Shown here one piece after another: positions 61,504 through 64,000 of a stretch of 64,000 nt of DNA. The stretch lies in assembly GCA_963754315.1 (NCBI GenBank), contig CAVWFS010000015.1, positions 128,001 to 192,000 of the forward strand, in the 5' to 3' direction. The position numbers and the translations under genes were made by a program. The DNA comes from an uncultured Candidatus Rokubacteria bacterium (GTDB taxonomy: Bacteria; Methylomirabilota; Methylomirabilia; Rokubacteriales; CSP1-6). A model generated the notes under the pieces. It was not told the DNA's origin and made no database searches. It was given only the letters and a program-made list of their open reading frames with translations. Within the stretch, counting starts at the first letter, position 1; every line of letters starts with the position of its first letter.

Positions 61504-62523
61504 TCAGTCTAGTCGGTAGAACCGTCGCGCGTTGGCGCCCAGCACGTGACGCTTCTGCTCGTCGCTGAGATCGGGACGTTCCGCCAGCTCCTTCACCGAC
61601 TTTGGATAGCTGTGATCCCAGTGCGGGAAGTCGGAGGCGTACATGATGCGGTCGGCTCCCACGTAGGCGAGCGCCTGGGGGAGGAGCGGTTCGTCAGCCT
61701 CGCACGAAAAGTAGATGCTCCCCTGGCGCACGTACTCGGTCGGAGACTTCCGGAGGCGCACGGCTTCCACGTGCCCACGCTTCTCGTACTCCTCGTCCAT
61801 GCGTTGCAGGAAGAAGGGAACCCAGCCCGAACCCGCCTCCAGGTAGGCGATGGTGAGGTCGGGGAAGCGCTCCGGGACACCCTCGAAGATCATCGAGGTG
61901 ATCTGACGGAGCTGGGCGAAAACATGCGAGCACGTGTGAGCCTGGATGAACTTGGGGAAGGGCTCGTGGCCGGCCGCGCCCATGTCGGTTCCCGCCGCAT
62001 GCACGCCGAGGGGCACCCGCAGGCGCTGTGCCGCCGCGTAGATCGGGTCGAAGCGAGCGTGACCGAGCAGAAAGTAGCTATCGGCGGAGACCATGCCTCC
62101 CACGAACCCGAGCTCCTGCACCGCGCGCTCCAGCTCGCGCGCCGCCGCGGGCGGATCCTGCAGCGGCAGGAGCGCGACACCCTTCAGGCGCGGGCTCTGA
62201 CTGGTCACGTCCGCATGAAGCATGCTGTTGTAGGCGCGACACAGGGCTACCGCCCACTCGGCGTCTCGCAGAAAGGGCATGAAGAGGCCAAGGGTCGGGT
62301 ACAGCACTGCCAGGCTCATCCCGCCCGCGTCGAGCGCCTCCACCCAGGCAGCACCGTCACCCGCCCAGTTTCCCTTCGTCCCCATCAGCCGGCGGTCCCA
62401 GCCATCCTGCGGGAAGAACGGCGTGAGGTGCGATCGGCCGCGGTAGGGCGGTTGCAGGTGGCGCGCGATCTGCTCCCAGGTTTCCGTCACATGACCGTCG
62501 GCATCGATGATCTCGAAGTTCAT
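61504..62523 (-). CDS. Amidohydrolase_2 family (decarboxylase/hydratase-like)
   Basis: Motifs DADGH, LYPT, AYN, EAGSGWVP, ASDFPHWD. Confidence 0.9.
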   Translation of the reverse strand: MNFEIIDADGHVTETWEQIARHLQPPYRGRSHLTPFFPQDGWDRRLMGTKGNWAGDGAAWVEALDAGGMSLAVLYPTLGLFMPFLRDAEWAVALCRAYNSMLHADVTSQSPRLKGVALLPLQDPPAAARELERAVQELGFVGGMVSADSYFLLGHARFDPIYAAAQRLRVPLGVHAAGTDMGAAGHEPFPKFIQAHTCSHVFAQLRQITSMIFEGVPERFPDLTIAYLEAGSGWVPFFLQRMDEEYEKRGHVEAVRLRKSPTEYVRQGSIYFSCEADEPLLPQALAYVGADRIMYASDFPHWDHSYPKSVKELAERPDLSDEQKRHVLGANARRFYRLD

Positions 62524-62615
62524 CGCGTCTCCTCGGTTTCTTCGAGGCTGACACCTCGAGGGGCGGACGTCTACGGCAGGCTAGCGTACTACGATCGCCG
62601 CGCGGAAGAATGCCG

Positions 62616-64000
62616 CTAGCGACGGAGGGGTTCTCCGATCGCGCTCCAGTACGGCAGCGCTACCGTCAGCACGACCAGAGCCGCCAGCAAGGTCATCCAG
62701 AGACCGAAGCGGAAGATCTCCGGGGCGCTGAGATGGCCTCGCTGATACACCACCAGAGAGGAGGCGCTCTGGGCAGGGTAGTAGAGGACGGCGTCCCCGG
62801 CGATCGTCACCACCAGCCCGCAGACGAGGGGGCTCAGACCGGTCGCGGTCGCGATGGACATGGCGACGGGAATGGTGGTGGCGAGAAAGCCAGTGATGTT
62901 GGGGATCACCAGCCGGATGACGGCGGCCGCCACGAGCAAGGTGACCACCACCAGGAGCGGGCTGCGCGCGAGCGAAGGGGTCGTGTTGACAACGAGGGCC
63001 GCCAGCCACGCGCTCGCCCCACTGCTGACGAGGGCCTGGGCCAGCGAAAGCGAGGAGGCGATGACGAAGAAGTTGGCCCAGCCGACGCCGCGCTCGAAGT
63101 CGTTCCACGACAGGACGCCAACGACCGGGGCGAGCAGACAGACCCAGGCCAGCATGGCGGGCAAGGCTGGGTGGAGCGCATCGGTCAGCCAGAGCAGCGA
63201 TGCCCCCGCCGTGATGATGGCAGTCCGCCATTCGACCGGCGAGAGGGGCTTCTCGTTTGCCTCCGGCGTCAGGGGCAGCGAAGCCTCGAATCCCCTCCGG
63301 TAGCGCAGATAGATCAGTCCGGCTCCTGCCACCAGCAACACCCCGTAGGGAACGCTCATCAACACGAACCAGCGCGGCCAGGAAATACCGCCGATCAATC
63401 CCGCAGCCACGATAGGCGTGATGCCGCCGGTCAGGAGCACGGTGGAGGCCAGGCGATTTATCGAGTTCAAGGCCATCATGACCGCCCGGGCGAGCGGTGC
63501 CCCTGGCGGCACGCCGCTCAGCTCGAGGGCCTGGTCGTACACGTGAACGAGAATGCCCGTGCGGGTGGTGGCCGAAGGCAGCAGCAGGGTGAGAAGGGGG
63601 AAGGCTGCCAGCAATTGCAGATACAGCGTGCGCGGTCGACCCCGGCAGCCGCGCAGGAACAGGTGCGCCACGCGCTCGGCCAGACCGCTTCGCTGTACGG
63701 CGAGCCCGATCGTCAGCACGCCGATGAGGAAATAGACGACCGGGTCCGCGAATCCCGCCAGGGCGGCAGACACGTCGGGTACCGCGCCCAGGAGCACAAG
63801 GGCCACGACCACGACGATACCGGTGACCCCGGCCGGAAGGGCTTCGCTGCCCCACAGGCCAACGGCCAACGCGGTCACCGCTAACACACGCTGACCGGCC
63901 AACGGCAGTCCGGCCGGTGTGGGCACGGCGAGCAGCACCGCGCAGGCCGCCGCCGCCACGGCCGCGCCCGCGAGCGAGCGGTGACGACCCTCGCTTCGCA
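62616..64000 (-). CDS. SLC13/DASS family anion permease (start at or beyond window end)
   Basis: Many TM segments; motifs PTPAGL, W..EALP, SGLAERVA, PSATTR. Confidence 0.88.
   Translation of the reverse strand, partial: RSEGRHRSLAGAAVAAAACAVLLAVPTPAGLPLAGQRVLAVTALAVGLWGSEALPAGVTGIVVVVALVLLGAVPDVSAALAGFADPVVYFLIGVLTIGLAVQRSGLAERVAHLFLRGCRGRPRTLYLQLLAAFPLLTLLLPSATTRTGILVHVYDQALELSGVPPGAPLARAVMMALNSINRLASTVLLTGGITPIVAAGLIGGISWPRWFVLMSVPYGVLLVAGAGLIYLRYRRGFEASLPLTPEANEKPLSPVEWRTAIITAGASLLWLTDALHPALPAMLAWVCLLAPVVGVLSWNDFERGVGWANFFVIASSLSLAQALVSSGASAWLAALVVNTTPSLARSPLLVVVTLLVAAAVIRLVIPNITGFLATTIPVAMSIATATGLSPLVCGLVVTIAGDAVLYYPAQSASSLVVYQRGHLSAPEIFRFGLWMTLLAALVVLTVALPYWSAIGEPLRR

Overview
GC-rich bacterial chromosome segment. 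Gene content and the GC-rich palindromic repeat family suggest Candidatus Rokubacteria/Methylomirabilota, which is an inference only. It holds about 65 genes: glnD (partial), hisC, the tmk-holB-ricT-metG-tatD cluster, acuC, moaC, modBC/modE-like/tupABC, tpx, ilvE-like, a brnT/brnA toxin-antitoxin pair, two cyclophilins, typA, trpL-trpE(G), ku, livHMGFK, two Rieske oxygenases, an attEFGH-like ABC system, cbiMQO and tag. Highlights not shown by the ORF track: (1) a two-domain AhpD/CMD-family selenoprotein (C-T-Y-U motif, in-frame TGA at 51025-51027, SECIS-like hairpin) heading an ABC exporter/lipocalin operon; (2) a complete Trp attenuator; (3) an unrecognised structured leader with promoter and terminator before DUF465-moaC; (4) a rod-like 135-nt candidate ncRNA before ku; (5) a tandem array of ~85-bp palindromic units; (6) a degenerate attC-like site behind brnTA; (7) a CTG-start gene coupled to an M43 protease; (8) repeated leaderless promoter architecture. 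At least eight otherwise intact genes carry 1-2 base frameshifts, probably assembly errors.
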